A stretch of DNA of 64,000 bases, from NCBI RefSeq assembly GCF_964355755.1, contig NC_092679.1:12445432-12509431 (forward strand), given 5' to 3'. The position numbers and the translations under genes are program-made. Below are positions 10,233 to 22,600 of this stretch, piece by piece. The notes beneath the pieces were generated by a model, which made no database searches, had not been told where the DNA came from, and saw only the letters and a program-made list of their open reading frames with translations. Positions within the stretch are counted from its first letter, which is position 1; each line of letters begins with the position of its first letter. The stretch comes from Antedon mediterranea. Lineage: Eukaryota > Animalia > Echinodermata.

Positions 10233-13081
10233 TATTGAGTTAGATAAATGGTAAAATAATGTTAGTAGATAATATGGTGGGCGGTAAATATTTATATATT
10301 ATATATTAAGTGTAGTCTTTCTATGTCTCCATGCAGCAGTTAAGTATTGTTTACAGTGATAGTCTACAATTTCACCGATTCTCTCAAATGGAAATTCTAA
10401 ATAAAGGTCATCAAGTAAAATATGATGTTGGTATTCGATTGTACCACTTCTAAAATTCTCCCAGAATGTATCATAACCACAATACAATAAATCCATTTTT
10501 AGTAAGTTAAAATGTGTTTCTCTTACATTTTTAAGGTTTGAACATTCAAGTAGAAAATGGTCTGTAGTTTCAATTAACTGATTGTTGCATAGCTTGCAAA
10601 AACCAGTCTCATTTTCTGACCATGTATTTTTTCTACCTTCTAAATCAAGAGAGTTAGACCTCGCTTTAAACTTTAAACTAATGGAATCAAAATTCACCAT
10701 ATCAAACATGTATGTCTCTGCTTTAGGTTCATGTTTATATTTCAAATATTCGGAGAGGGTTGACTTTGTTTTTGCACCTTCTAACCATTCCTTGATATTT
10801 TCTAGAGAGTTGGCATGTGTAAAACTCTTGAACCATTGACTTTCCGGATTTAAATTAAACTTATTTCCTAAATCAAATTTACATAATAAATCTTTGATAT
10901 GGTTAATCCACTTCCATTTCACCTTATCTTCTACATCCATTATAGATCTACATAGTAGTTTTTGCCACCTTTGGTCGTCCATATTTTTAATTCTGTTAAA
11001 ATAGGACATCCTAAATTTATTTTGGATGGTGTAGAGTGTCTCCCATCCTAGGTCACCAATCAATGCCGCTTTCGCGACGTTTCTTGGTGCCTTCAAAATA
11101 ATTCTAGCCATTTGGTATTGTAAATTTTCTAACTTATTTAGTGAACCTTTAGAGTTACATAACCATATTGCAGAGGCGTAATTAATTGTTGGTAATCCTA
11201 TCGTTCTCCATAAAAGATCACCATAGTATACCCTATTGAAATCATTCTGATTGTTTATAATAGAGGTAATATAGGCTATTATCCTATTTCCCTTTTTGAT
11301 TACTTCATTGATATTGTCAGAATCTGTATATGAACGTGATATTATTACACCAAGATATTTATACCTTTCTATTTCTGTGATATAATGATTACCAAGGCTC
11401 CATGTTCTATGTGGATTTACTCTTTGCCCTGTGACCAGCACATTTGATTTGTCAAAATTAAACTCTAATTTCCATGCTTGTGAATAATCACTTGCTACTT
11501 TAAGTAGTTTCACAAGTTCAGACTCATTGTCACCGATTAAAACCACGTCATCAGCAAAAAATAGTGCACCTATTTGTGTGCCATAGATTTGAACACCTAG
11601 TTTATGACTTTTGATTAGATTATTTAGTTCGTTAATGTAAATAGAAAAAAGAACTGGTGACAATGAACAGCCTTGTTTCACTCCTTCATTAATGCTAAAC
11701 TTATCAGATTCTATGTCATTGAACAAAACTTTGCATTTAACATCATCGTATATATTTCTTAGTAAGTTAAGGAGTTTACCACGGATACCAATTCTTTTGG
11801 CAGCCGTAATTAACCCTTGTCGCCAGACTGAATCAAAGGCTTTTTTAAAGTCCAAAAAGGCCAGAAATGTTTTTTTACCCTCAGCACGCCTTGTGGCGAT
11901 AATGCTTTTCAAGACAAAAATGTGGTCTTCACATCTTCTGTCTGTCCGAAAGCCCCCTTGGACTTCACCAAGGATGCCATTTTCTTCTAAAAATTGAGAA
12001 ATATTATATGCAATAATTCGATTAAAGATTTTTGAAACACATGAATTAAGTGTGATACCTCGATAATTATTGAGATCACGTCGATCTCCTTTTTTAAATA
12101 TTGGGATAATTATCCCTTCATTCCATTCATTTGGTATAGTTTCAGTTTGTATAATTCTGGTAAACAATTTTTGGAGTGATAATGTGATTAGATTACCTCC
12201 GTTTTTTAACATTTCGTTTGTTATAGAGTCAATACCTGGACTTTTGTTATTTTTTGCCTTTGATATAGCATAAGCGACATCATCAAATGAAATATTTATA
12301 TTATCTAAAATATGATCACAATGAATATTATTACTGTTACTATTATTATCGTGGGAAGAGTGGAGAATACCGTTACTGTTAGTTGTATTAAATTTTGCAA
12401 TATTGCCAAAGTGTAATTTTAGCGAATTTTTCATATCGTCGTGGTCTGAAGAATATCTTGAAGTTCCTGGTATTAGGATAGAATCAACATTTTGTTTCTG
12501 TCGTTTGCCTTTGAGTTCATTCCAAAATTCCTTAGATTGAGGCCCTCCTTTATCCATAATTTTTGAGCAATTTGATATTTTCTTTTGCATTATTTTGCGT
12601 TTAAAAAGTGATTTACAGAATTTCCGCTTCTCTTGGTATGTTTCCCATAGAGAATTACAATAATTGATATCAAACTCAATATTATGTTTATTCTTTGAAT
12701 ATAATCTATGTGCTCGACACGATTGTCTACGTTGATTTATAGCATATTTTGTTTCTTTATCAAACCATATCTTTTTGTTTGATCTCGTTTTCTTATAGCC
12801 TATTGTATTCTCTGCAACTAGCGTAACTTTGTTTTTCCACTCTACCCAAGCATCGTTCGCATCTAAACGACTAGGGTCCCAATCTTTAAAGTCGTAGTTA
12901 ATTGAACTACTAAAATCACTCCAATCTTTAGGGATATTCCAATGTTTTGTGTTAGTTTTTGTCACCTTACTGGTTTTACAAATATTATTCTCTATTAGTG
13001 TGATTACAAGCATGTTATGATCACTTCCATAATTATACAGTCCAAATTCATCAATAAACAATTCTTTTGTTACTTCATCGG
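9655..13081 (-). mobile_element. 5'-truncated non-LTR retrotransposon (RTE/RTEX-like)
   Basis: Long RT ORF, AT-rich 3' UTR, and AATAAA followed by a (TATCTT)n tail at the left junction. Confidence 0.9.
10299..13081 (-). CDS. LINE ORF2: end of APE endonuclease, reverse transcriptase, C-terminal CCHC finger
   Basis: GSDH, KSPGID, NYRGITL, QGGFR, FLDFKKAFDSV, GVKQGCSLSP, FADD, YKYLG and CKLC..ETTDHFLLEC occur in an uninterrupted ORF of ~930 aa. The first ~11 codons of the listed ORF come from Polinton sequence. Confidence 0.93.
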
Positions 13082-13582
13082 AAGGAAGTAATTTACTCGA
13101 TTTGACAAAAGACATAATTCAAGAAAAGAAAGGATTTGAACCTATAGACTGGAGAGAGTTTATAACGGTATTGGCGAAATTGAACACCCCAGAAAGTTTG
13201 ATTGGAAATCCTACGAGACGTCGTACCTTACAAAGAATTAAATCGAGCGGAACACCATCTCTCGCATTACCTAAACGAAAGAAGGAGGATGATTATGACT
13301 TCGACGATGATGATGATGATGATGAAAAACTTACCTTTCGAGCAACCGCTAGGAGGCGATCAACTAGACAGCCTAAACCTAAATGGTTAAATTTAAAAAA
13401 AAACATTAACCTTTATGTACTATAATGAGGAAAGGAATTGAATAAAAAAAGTAATAAACTCGAACTTGTTGTTGTTGTAGTCACTCGATAAATAAATTAC
13501 AAACGTACAAAAAACATATCCATTTTAAAAGCAATTTTTATTTACTACGCATTCAACAACATTTTAACAAATTGTACTTTAA

Positions 13583-16500
13583 TCAAATAACGGAGTCTGT
13601 GTGGACTGCAAGGAACAATGGACGTCTTCAGCATGTGATGTACTCTCTTGTCACAACGTTGACGGATGCTCTGGTAAGATCCTCAGAATCTTGTATTGTT
13701 AAACAGCACCCGGTTCTCGGTACTGTATCTAGGTCCTGGTTTCTCCAGTATCAAAACCTTCCCTGGTCCCACAAATCATACCAGATTGTCATTGCTGTAT
13801 CTCAATATACAACAATATTTGCCAAACATCGTAATACAGCATCTTTTCGTCAGTATCATACAAAATAACCTAACTCTTACTTACCTTACACAATTGTGTA
13901 CTTTTAATTGTTTGTCTGCTTTTCTAATCATAACAACATTAGACAGCAAAACATTTAGGCCGTTTTTCCTCAGCTAAAAAAAAGAAATTATCGGTTCACA
14001 ACGCAACAGTTTGTCTTCAGGTCAAGCTTAAAAATGATCACATTCATCTGATAATTATCCAATTTGAATGAGATAATTATCGGTTTATTTTCTCGAATGG
14101 AATCTGTTTAACACCGTTTGCACATGCAGTTTATCGGTTAATTATCGGTTCATTATTATTGGTTCATTTTTTTATTCGAAAACGGCCGTATATATAACAA
14201 CACAAAATAATAGTTACATTGTTACATTTTTAAATGTTCCTTAATTAACTGCCTATAATAAATATCTTTATTATAATAATTTATTAACAGGGAATGGTGT
14301 ATGTGTCAGTTTTGATGTTTGTATGTGTAATAGCGGATGGACTGGCGAATCTTGTGCTTTGCCAGATTGTTCCAAACTGAACGACTGCAGTAACCAGGGG
14401 GAATGTATTGGACCAAATGAGTGTAGTTGTTATGTGGGGTATCAGGGAAATAACTGCACCGAATTAATTGACTGTATCGAATTAAACAACTGCAGTGGGA
14501 ACGGAGTTTGTATTGAGGACAGCTCTTTGCGAGTAAGTTTAGCAATGGTTAGAGTCCAGAGTGCGGGATGCATGGGAAAGCGGAATGAAGTAATGTAGTC
14601 TCTTAATGATGTTAGCTCAACTCTGCACCCAACCTTCCTCTTTCCTTCAATCAAACTCTGAATCCCAGAGTAGACGTAAATATAATAAATATATAATAAA
14701 GTAATATAAAAAGAATCTAATCTTTGGTCGAGCCAACTAGAGAAAATTTTGATGCGTACAACTTGCGGTAACTTAAACATCACAAAGTTACAGTTGGTTA
14801 ACTCGTAGTAATTGGTTGATAGTCTGTACATTGAATGTACAGGTGTCCAGTGGAATTTAAATTGAAATATTGTTTCATGTTTTCGTTTTAAGGTGTTTTA
14901 GTGGATATTCAGGTGTGAATTGCTCTGTGTTTTCATGTGAACTGATCAATAATTGTTTTGGACATGGGATTTGTATTGAATTCAACCTTTGTCAATGTGA
15001 TATCAATTATACTGGCATTAATTGCTCTCTTCCTTCTTGTGAACATCTTGCTTTTTGTTCTGGTAAGTTGTTGTTTATGTGTACAGAAAGAATATGAGAT
15101 TTTGGGTTTTCAGAGCATTTTGAACAATAACTTATTTTAATTTAATATTTATTGAAGGTAATGGTGCATGTATATCGCATGACAAATGTAAGTGCTACTC
15201 TTCTTGGTCAGGTGACAAATGCGACATTGCATTTTGTAGTGATGACTGCAATGGACGTGGAGATTGTGTTGATGAAGAAACGTGTGAATGTTATATAGGT
15301 TATGAAGGTGATCGATGTCAAGAAGTTCAACAAGAAAATCTAAACCAACCTGTATTTGATGACGATGAGTTGAATGTTACGTTTTTTGAAAATCTTCCTA
15401 TTGGAACTTTTCTGTTAGCTGTGCATGCGCGGGATAACGATACTCGAAAGAACGGAATTGTGTCTTATCGATTACTTCAGTCGGAGTACTCAAACCTTTT
15501 CTTGATAGATCAACAAAATGGAAATTTACTTACTGCTTGGGATTTTGATTATGAAACTCAAATCTCGAATATCTCACTTACAATAATTGCTGAAGATAAT
15601 GGGTTCCCGCCGATGAGTGCATATGCTAATGTGAATCTAACGCTACTTGATCAAAATGATAACTGCCCTGTATTTCTAGATGATTATCCAGATATAACTA
15701 TTCCTGTAAACATCAGTAATGCAACTGTTATTAGTAACATTTCAGTCGTTGACGTGGATAGTGACGAAAATGGCTATGTTACGTTATCAATGAAGGTCGA
15801 AGGTGATGTGTCAAATTCTATTTTTACGTTATTGGACACTGGTGAAATATTGGTCACTGGTGATATTCAGTCAGGGCGATATGTAATCAAATTAGTTGCA
15901 TCAGACAATGCCCTTCAGCCGTGCAAAACTAGTCAAGAATTTGCTGTTTACGTTCCATTTGCTCCAAATTATTATTCAACGACACCGGTGTACACAACAG
16001 AAGATTCCAAAACAACTACCCTTGAAGATAATATTATCACAACACGTTATGTAACAACTGAAAAAAAGCGTGAAATTACAACATCACAAGGAATTACAGT
16101 TAAAGATGTTGTGACAACACGTGACTTAACAACTGAGCAACAGCATAAAATTAAAACTTTGAAAGGAACTACAGGTAAAGACGATCTCATAACACTTGAC
16201 GTAACTGAAAAGCAGCATAACATTATATCTACACAGGGACCTGCGCTTAATGACATCACAACCTCACACTCAACAACTGCTGATACTAGTCCTAGTAGGC
16301 CTACTTCACAAAGTCATCTAACCAAAATTCAGCAAGAGCATACTTCCAGAGACGTGACAACCGATACGACATCACCAAATCAAGACGCTAAATCAACCGC
16401 TGAAAACATTCGTTCGACACCAGATCTGACAGAGAAAATTAAAGGTAAGATTGTTCGAATTGTCGTACTGTACAGTATATTACATTTTATTAATAACAAC

Positions 16501-18112
16501 ATTTATTCAACATCAACAGACAGTCCTAAGAATAAAATATAAAACATAGACGGACCTTACAATTACAATAAATGACAATTTTGACAGGCGAGAAAAAAAA
16601 AATGAAATTCCTAAAAAAAAATAATAGCAATCTTATCCGCTTATAGGAGTTGCATGTGTTTCAAATCGGAGTTGGTCGGGTTATAAAGCAATATGAATAT
16701 GTTGTGTTTTTTTCAGGTGACTGCACAACTGATGCTGATTGCAACAATGGCGCCAACTGCTACATCGGTGTATGTGCTTGTGTTTGCCCGTATAGTGGCA
16801 CAACATGTGATCAAGGTATAATAATAAATTGCTTTTAAAGTCACTGATCCAAACTGATAAAAGCGCTTCATATTAGATTCGTATTTATAATAATGTAACA
16901 ACCGTTTCAAAGTTTATCAATATCACAATTATAATTTTCCTTATTAATATATAATATGCGATGACCAGCATCATAAATTATATATTTTTATGCTCATCCA
17001 TATTAAACCAAATTCTTAATTATCATATGCTACTAATCGTTTCAATATTCTAATATTATACATTAGTTGGACAGTGTTTTGAGACGTCTATACGGGTAAT
17101 TTACCTCCGATCCGTATTTGGTGATACTGAAGCCCAGTTTTCCTCTGAATTAGAAGATCCTTCTTCTGAGATGTTTAAAGATACATACACAATGGCTAAG
17201 GATGCTGTAAGTATCAGTGAGTCAAGGAATAGTGATTAAGGTAGATGCGTCCAAATCCATAGCCCGCTTTTTTCAAATTCATATCTCCTCCGGAGTTTTC
17301 CAGATTGTTACAATGTTTTTTTTCTTTTTCACAAAGATGGAAACTGTTGCTGCAAACTCTGATGTTGTAAAAGAGATCAAAATAATTAGATTTAGACAGG
17401 GAAGTTTATTTATGGATATGAGCTTAGTAGCTGTAGATGGACAATCTGAACAACAGATTAAGGACGAGTTCACATGGGCGCTTGTGGCTACAGATAATGG
17501 AAATATTAAGTTTGATCTTAAAACCATACAGGTTAAAGAAAGTATGTTTGAATTTGGTCTTTGTGTAATTTTCTTCTTTCTTTCTTGATGTATTACTCGA
17601 TTATTGCAGTTTTATTTTTGGCTTGGAATATTCTACTGTAGAGTGGAAGGGTTAGAGTGTTACATACATAATGTAAATTTGTTCGATGTTTCTTGTGTGT
17701 GTTACTGTAAAGTTTGCACAACAGGTTTTGGGTTTGTCGTACGGCCTTCTTCTTTATTTTATGATGGGAACAATAAAGATTGATATGCCTTTTTGGTTTA
17801 AGTGTCTATGTAAGAAGTAATAAGTTAACTCCTTTATCATAAATGTATTTTCATTATCGAAATACCATGTTTTTTTACACAGTAAGTAAAGAAGAAGAAG
17901 AATCAAATGTTTGGATTATTATCTTTATCGTGGCTTCCATTACATTTTTGGGTATTTTCATAATTTGCATAGCTGTTTGCACTATGCTCATTTTGAAAAT
18001 GCAAGCCAGAAAAAAGCAGTTGCAAGATATGGCCATATCAAGACAGGGTTTCATCTACAGAGGAGAATACAAAGTGGAAAGTGATTATCTAAGAAAGCAG
18101 TGTAAAAAATAG
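13583..18112 (+). CDS. Single-pass membrane protein: tenascin-type EGF repeats, 2 cadherin domains, Thr-rich stalk, EGF, SEA-like domain, TM (5'-incomplete, possibly a pseudogene)
   Basis: Approximate exons: 13583-13673, 14291-14532, 14893-15062, 15158-16444, 16717-16815, 17067-17206, 17337-17541, 17882-18112. Cadherin motifs are ENLPIGT, ARDND, FDYE and DQNDNCPVF. The SEA-like segment is IIRFRQGSL and the TM is WIIIFIVASITFLGIFIICIAVC. Confidence 0.75.
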
Positions 18113-19632
18113 TAAGGTTTTCATAGGATCTCAAAAGGATGTCACATGAGGTCATTCAACGAGTAGGCCTAATATTAGTTTAAGAAAATGTAAATACAAC
18201 TGTACTGTGTACTGTAGGCCTACCTACTGTTTTATTTTTCTGAGACATTGACTATTTTATACGATTTGACGTTACGTTACATATTAGTAAATAGTTAAAA
18301 TATGATCGTTAATTTACTTATTTACTTTGTATAGAGTAACACTAAACTGAAAAGAAGTTTGGAAAGGGTTGGTTCGAGTAACCTAGACTGTAAATACTGA
18401 TTAATATAATTAATACATCAATGTTGTACTACTGACCGGATTAAAAGCATGCGAAAGGTTTAACAGAGGCAGTTTATTTTATTTGCTGTGATTGATGTGG
18501 TTTTTTTCTTCTGCATTATTTATTCAGAAAAAAAAAGAAAATTAATTTATTTGTTAATATTTTACTTTAAATATGTTCTTTTATTGTTTTGCTTGGTTTA
18601 ATATAATTATCAGAAAGTACAAAGGAAGAAAGTTCACATTAGTGTTATTTGTTATGGTTCAATTGTTTTTGGGTGCGGTGTCTTGCTTCTATATGTATAC
18701 ACAGTTTTATTACGGTACCAGGAGGTAGCCCATAATGTGCGGCAAATTGTAAAATAATTGACTGATGTTTGCAACCTATATAATAAAAAAATGTTAAAAC
18801 AAATTATAGTTTGGAATATTTATTACTGGTTCAGCCTCTGAGAAGTTAAACCTCATTTTGGTTTTCATTTAGCCAGCCCGAATTAAATATTGGCAGTTTG
18901 ACAGTCTGATTGGTTTTCTTTGGAGAGACAGACGAGGGGAGAGAGGGGGAGTCTTAAATTCGCCGTTGGTGGCGATCTAGTCAGATCGTTGATTTAATGA
19001 TTTTTGCCAGTTAATAGTTTTGTGATATTTGGAAGCGATGGCGGTGAAGTTAAAATAATAACACTTGTGGCAAAATGTATGAAGTAATTTTCCAACCTAA
19101 ATAGCCTAGGCCTAATAGTAGATCATATATCATTTATATTGGCACTGTGCAGTGTATTAAGCCTAGGCTAGCTAGGCCTGGTTAGGCTAGCCTAGTAGGG
19201 CCTACCTAGGGCCTCTAGGGCTCCGGGCCTAGCTAGTAGGCTAGCCTAGGCTAGGCTAGCTAGGCCTAAGCCTATTTTAACCAGACCAGACTAGCCTAGG
19301 GCTAGAACTAGGCTAGGGCCTAACTAGAAGAGGCTAACTAGCTAGGGCCTAGGCCTATTCTTAGTTAGGCTAATAGTAATATATAGTAGAAGTAGTAATA
19401 TAGGCCTAGGCCTATTTATTATAATAATTATAATTATGAGGCTTGTTGGGTAGGAGGTAGGCCTAGACACCCGTTGTTGGGAAGATCCACAAATGCGAAT
19501 TTTAATTAGGCCCTACTAGCTAGACACTAGGGCCTAGGCTAGCTTTACTTTAGGCCTACATAATCCATGGTGTAATGAATATTACTAAATATCCTGCGAT
19601 CGACTATCGTTTTTTTGTTTTTTTTTCAGAAA

Positions 19633-22600
19633 ATGGCTAAGTTCAAGTTACTAGACAGTGATTCAGAGTTTGTCTTTCCTTCCCAAGCCAAACAAATATG
19701 TATTGGTGACATAACAAGTTTAACATCTTTACAAAACATGTATATTAAGGTTGTATATCATAGATTAAATAGCACAAGGATATTTATTGACGGTGACAAT
19801 GACATCAAACTATTTTTCCAACGCGCTATCTAAAGCAATGCTGCCAATCAAACAAACGCGTTCTTTGAATTCTGTGTATCAAATTTTCTCAAAAACACAT
19901 TTATTAATTTTAAAAATTACCTGAACAGTTTTTAAGTCAAAACTCACAAAATGCCCTAAATTAGTTTTTAAAATAGCATGTTCTATCTACATCTATCTAT
20001 TTGTTAGGGTTACATGTTTAAGGCAAAATCTTTATATCTTTATATTATACTAAACAATCTACGTCAATATTCAAGTCATTCAACAATAAGTGGCTGTTGC
20101 TAAGAAAATATCAAGGAGAAAGTGAGTCCAACGCGCATCGAATACACTTGTTATATTCAGGCAATTTTTTAAAGCCGGTTTTCTCGAAAAAAACTTATTG
20201 AAGTGCCTTAAGTTTGATTTTTAATAACCTTTCAACCAGTCGTCATATCAAAATAATTTTTTTTGCCTAGTTTCATAATTACTGTATGTATAAACTTGAC
20301 TTATACCTACCTCCTTTTGCTTGGTGGTGCCACATATGGCAGGGTTTTTTTTTTATCAATGGGACTATTCGAATCGGAATCGTGGTTCCTGATCTGGGAT
20401 TGGCTGGCCAGTTCCGATCACTAGCCATCCCACTTGTGCTCATTTTAAAAGTAGATGCCTTCCATATGTCAGCTTAACAGCATATACAGTACACCGATAA
20501 GAAGCCCTTATTTATTTTGTAGCACTGTGGGTGTCCGCACTATGTTGGTAAAAGAGATGGAATGTTTGATGTCAAACAGATGCATATCCTTGTGCTATTT
20601 TATCCATAGTTACTTCATTAAATAAATTATGTTTAGCAGATCCCAAATAAAATGAAACTAGTATACCCAGGCCCTCCAATGAGTTGGTTAACCAAGTGTT
20701 TTTGACACTTAACTGTCATACAGAAAGACGCTGTCCACGATAGTGACTGTGTGTGTACTACCACAATTGGTGCAAGTCTCGAAGCCTTGTCCGTATTGTG
20801 ACTATAGGGTATGTTTCCACTGTTGTAACTGCTTGGCCATTTAAATAATAGAAATAATGTATGTAGTAAGTTATTGATTGTTTACATTTGAAAATAGGCA
20901 GTTGTGGAAACAAAGTACAACCTCGTCATCATGCCTAATTATAAAAGGTTAAAAGCTATTCTGGAAGATTGTAAAAGTAAAGATAAGATTACTGTATTTT
21001 TGTTTGGCGAGTATGCAGCTCACTTTGAAAAGGTCAAGGTAAAGGTATGTACTGTATTTCAGAAATGTTTAATTGTAATAACCAAAAAGTTTACAGTATA
21101 TACAGTAAAGGCTAGAGAGTGAACTAAGTGACAGAAAAGTAGGGTAGGAACTCTTCAAATGGCCACCTGTACAGTATATAAAATTATTTTATTTAGTATA
21201 TAAAATAATCAGCTAAAATATTATAATGTAAATCAATGTTATAGTTAAGGCAGATTTATGTTGATTGTGAAAATAGTCAAACTGAAAAAGGAAACAAGTT
21301 ATTTATATGTTAATAGTATGTTATACTAGCTTTATTTATATGCTATGAATATAATTGCGTATTACATTTTTAAAACATGTTTTTATTAATATTTCATTTC
21401 CTGTTGCAGTGTGAAGTTGTTATCTTTAATGCAAAACTTGAGAAATCTACCACCTTCAAAACAGACAAGTTGCATGCCTTTCGCTTAAACATCAAGCCAA
21501 CTGACGTGCCATTGGCAGACATTCAGGTGTGTATCTTTTATTTAAATCTAGTCATAGATTCTTTTATCAAACCAATGGTAAATACGGAATTAAATGTTGT
21601 CAGTTTCATTGCTCGTTGCATGAACAGCTTCTCAGAAGAATGACAAGCTGTAATTAGACAAACTGACCTCTAGAGGGCCAATTTTGTCTAATTAAAGGGA
21701 CATATACGTATTGTGAGTTGGTTTGCGCCTTTGTCTCGGTTTATAGTTTTTTTGTCTTCTCTGTATCCAAATTGCCTCTTTTATTCGTCTACTGTAGGTG
21801 TCTGATTCTCTGTCAATAATTTATGACATGATTGGAATGGACTGCATGATCTGATTTTCTTTCTGATCCTTGGTTTTGACGAGTAAATTCTTTCTTTGTT
21901 GTGTTATATTTTCAGTTTATTTTTTGTGCATTTAAGAAATTTCTTACACAAATTGCATAGGTTAAACAAGTCATTTTAGAAAATGACTAAACTAAAAATA
22001 TTTTAATTTACTTTTAGGCAAGGCCTCCAAAACTGGTAAATCAGACTCAAAATGCTTCCACCAGTGCAGCAGTATCAAACACAACCAATACAAAATCACC
22101 TGTTAAGGTTAGTACAGTCAAGGCAATCTGAACAACAGGATGTTGAGCTTCGGAGATCAATGTGTTTATCTGTTGTTGCAACACAATCAGTTGCACGCCT
22201 AAATTTGGACTGATTTCAGATTGGATTCCTCAAATTTTTGGTTAACAGACACTGTACCGCGGAGAGTACTGTACCGCAGCCATTCATAAGATCAAAGGAC
22301 TGTTACAAGCTCCTATCTTGGTGAGACAAACTCAGCGTTGTTTTAGATTGAAAAAGCGGTAACAGCATTTCCTCAACATATACAGCATTGCTCCTCATGC
22401 GTTTCTTGAAAAAATGTTCCCTTTTTATTGTATCCCAAAGAAATGTTTTGTCAGACCAGCCTTAATATTGAAATTGTTTGTGACTTGGCATTTGTTCTTA
22501 TAGTGTAGATTCTTTAAAAATGGAACTTTAGTAGAACTTTATTATATTAAAACATAATTATTTCACTCCCACCAGTGTCTTAATAATACATAAAATGATG

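Larger units (their letters stand above)
9507..13425 (+). pseudogene. Polinton-type ORF split by a LINE insertion (parts ~9507-9655 and ~13082-13425)
   Basis: ...LLDRIDRYRKMGVIDWSRYGELLIEGQAV continues after the LINE as GSNLLDLTKDII..KGFEPIDWREF..LAKLNTPESLIGN. This restores a W..GEL..G..GSN..DL..P..W..F..L..N.P..IGN pattern of the kind seen in Polinton accessory proteins. Confidence 0.75.
1044..13582 (+). mobile_element. Polinton/Maverick (adintovirus-like) element, left arm only, decayed
   Basis: It starts with AGTAGTAG (the Polinton terminal AGT repeat) and encodes pPolB and an FtsK/A32 packaging ATPase. No right TIR, integrase, protease or capsid genes were seen. The right boundary is approximate. 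Confidence 0.9.
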
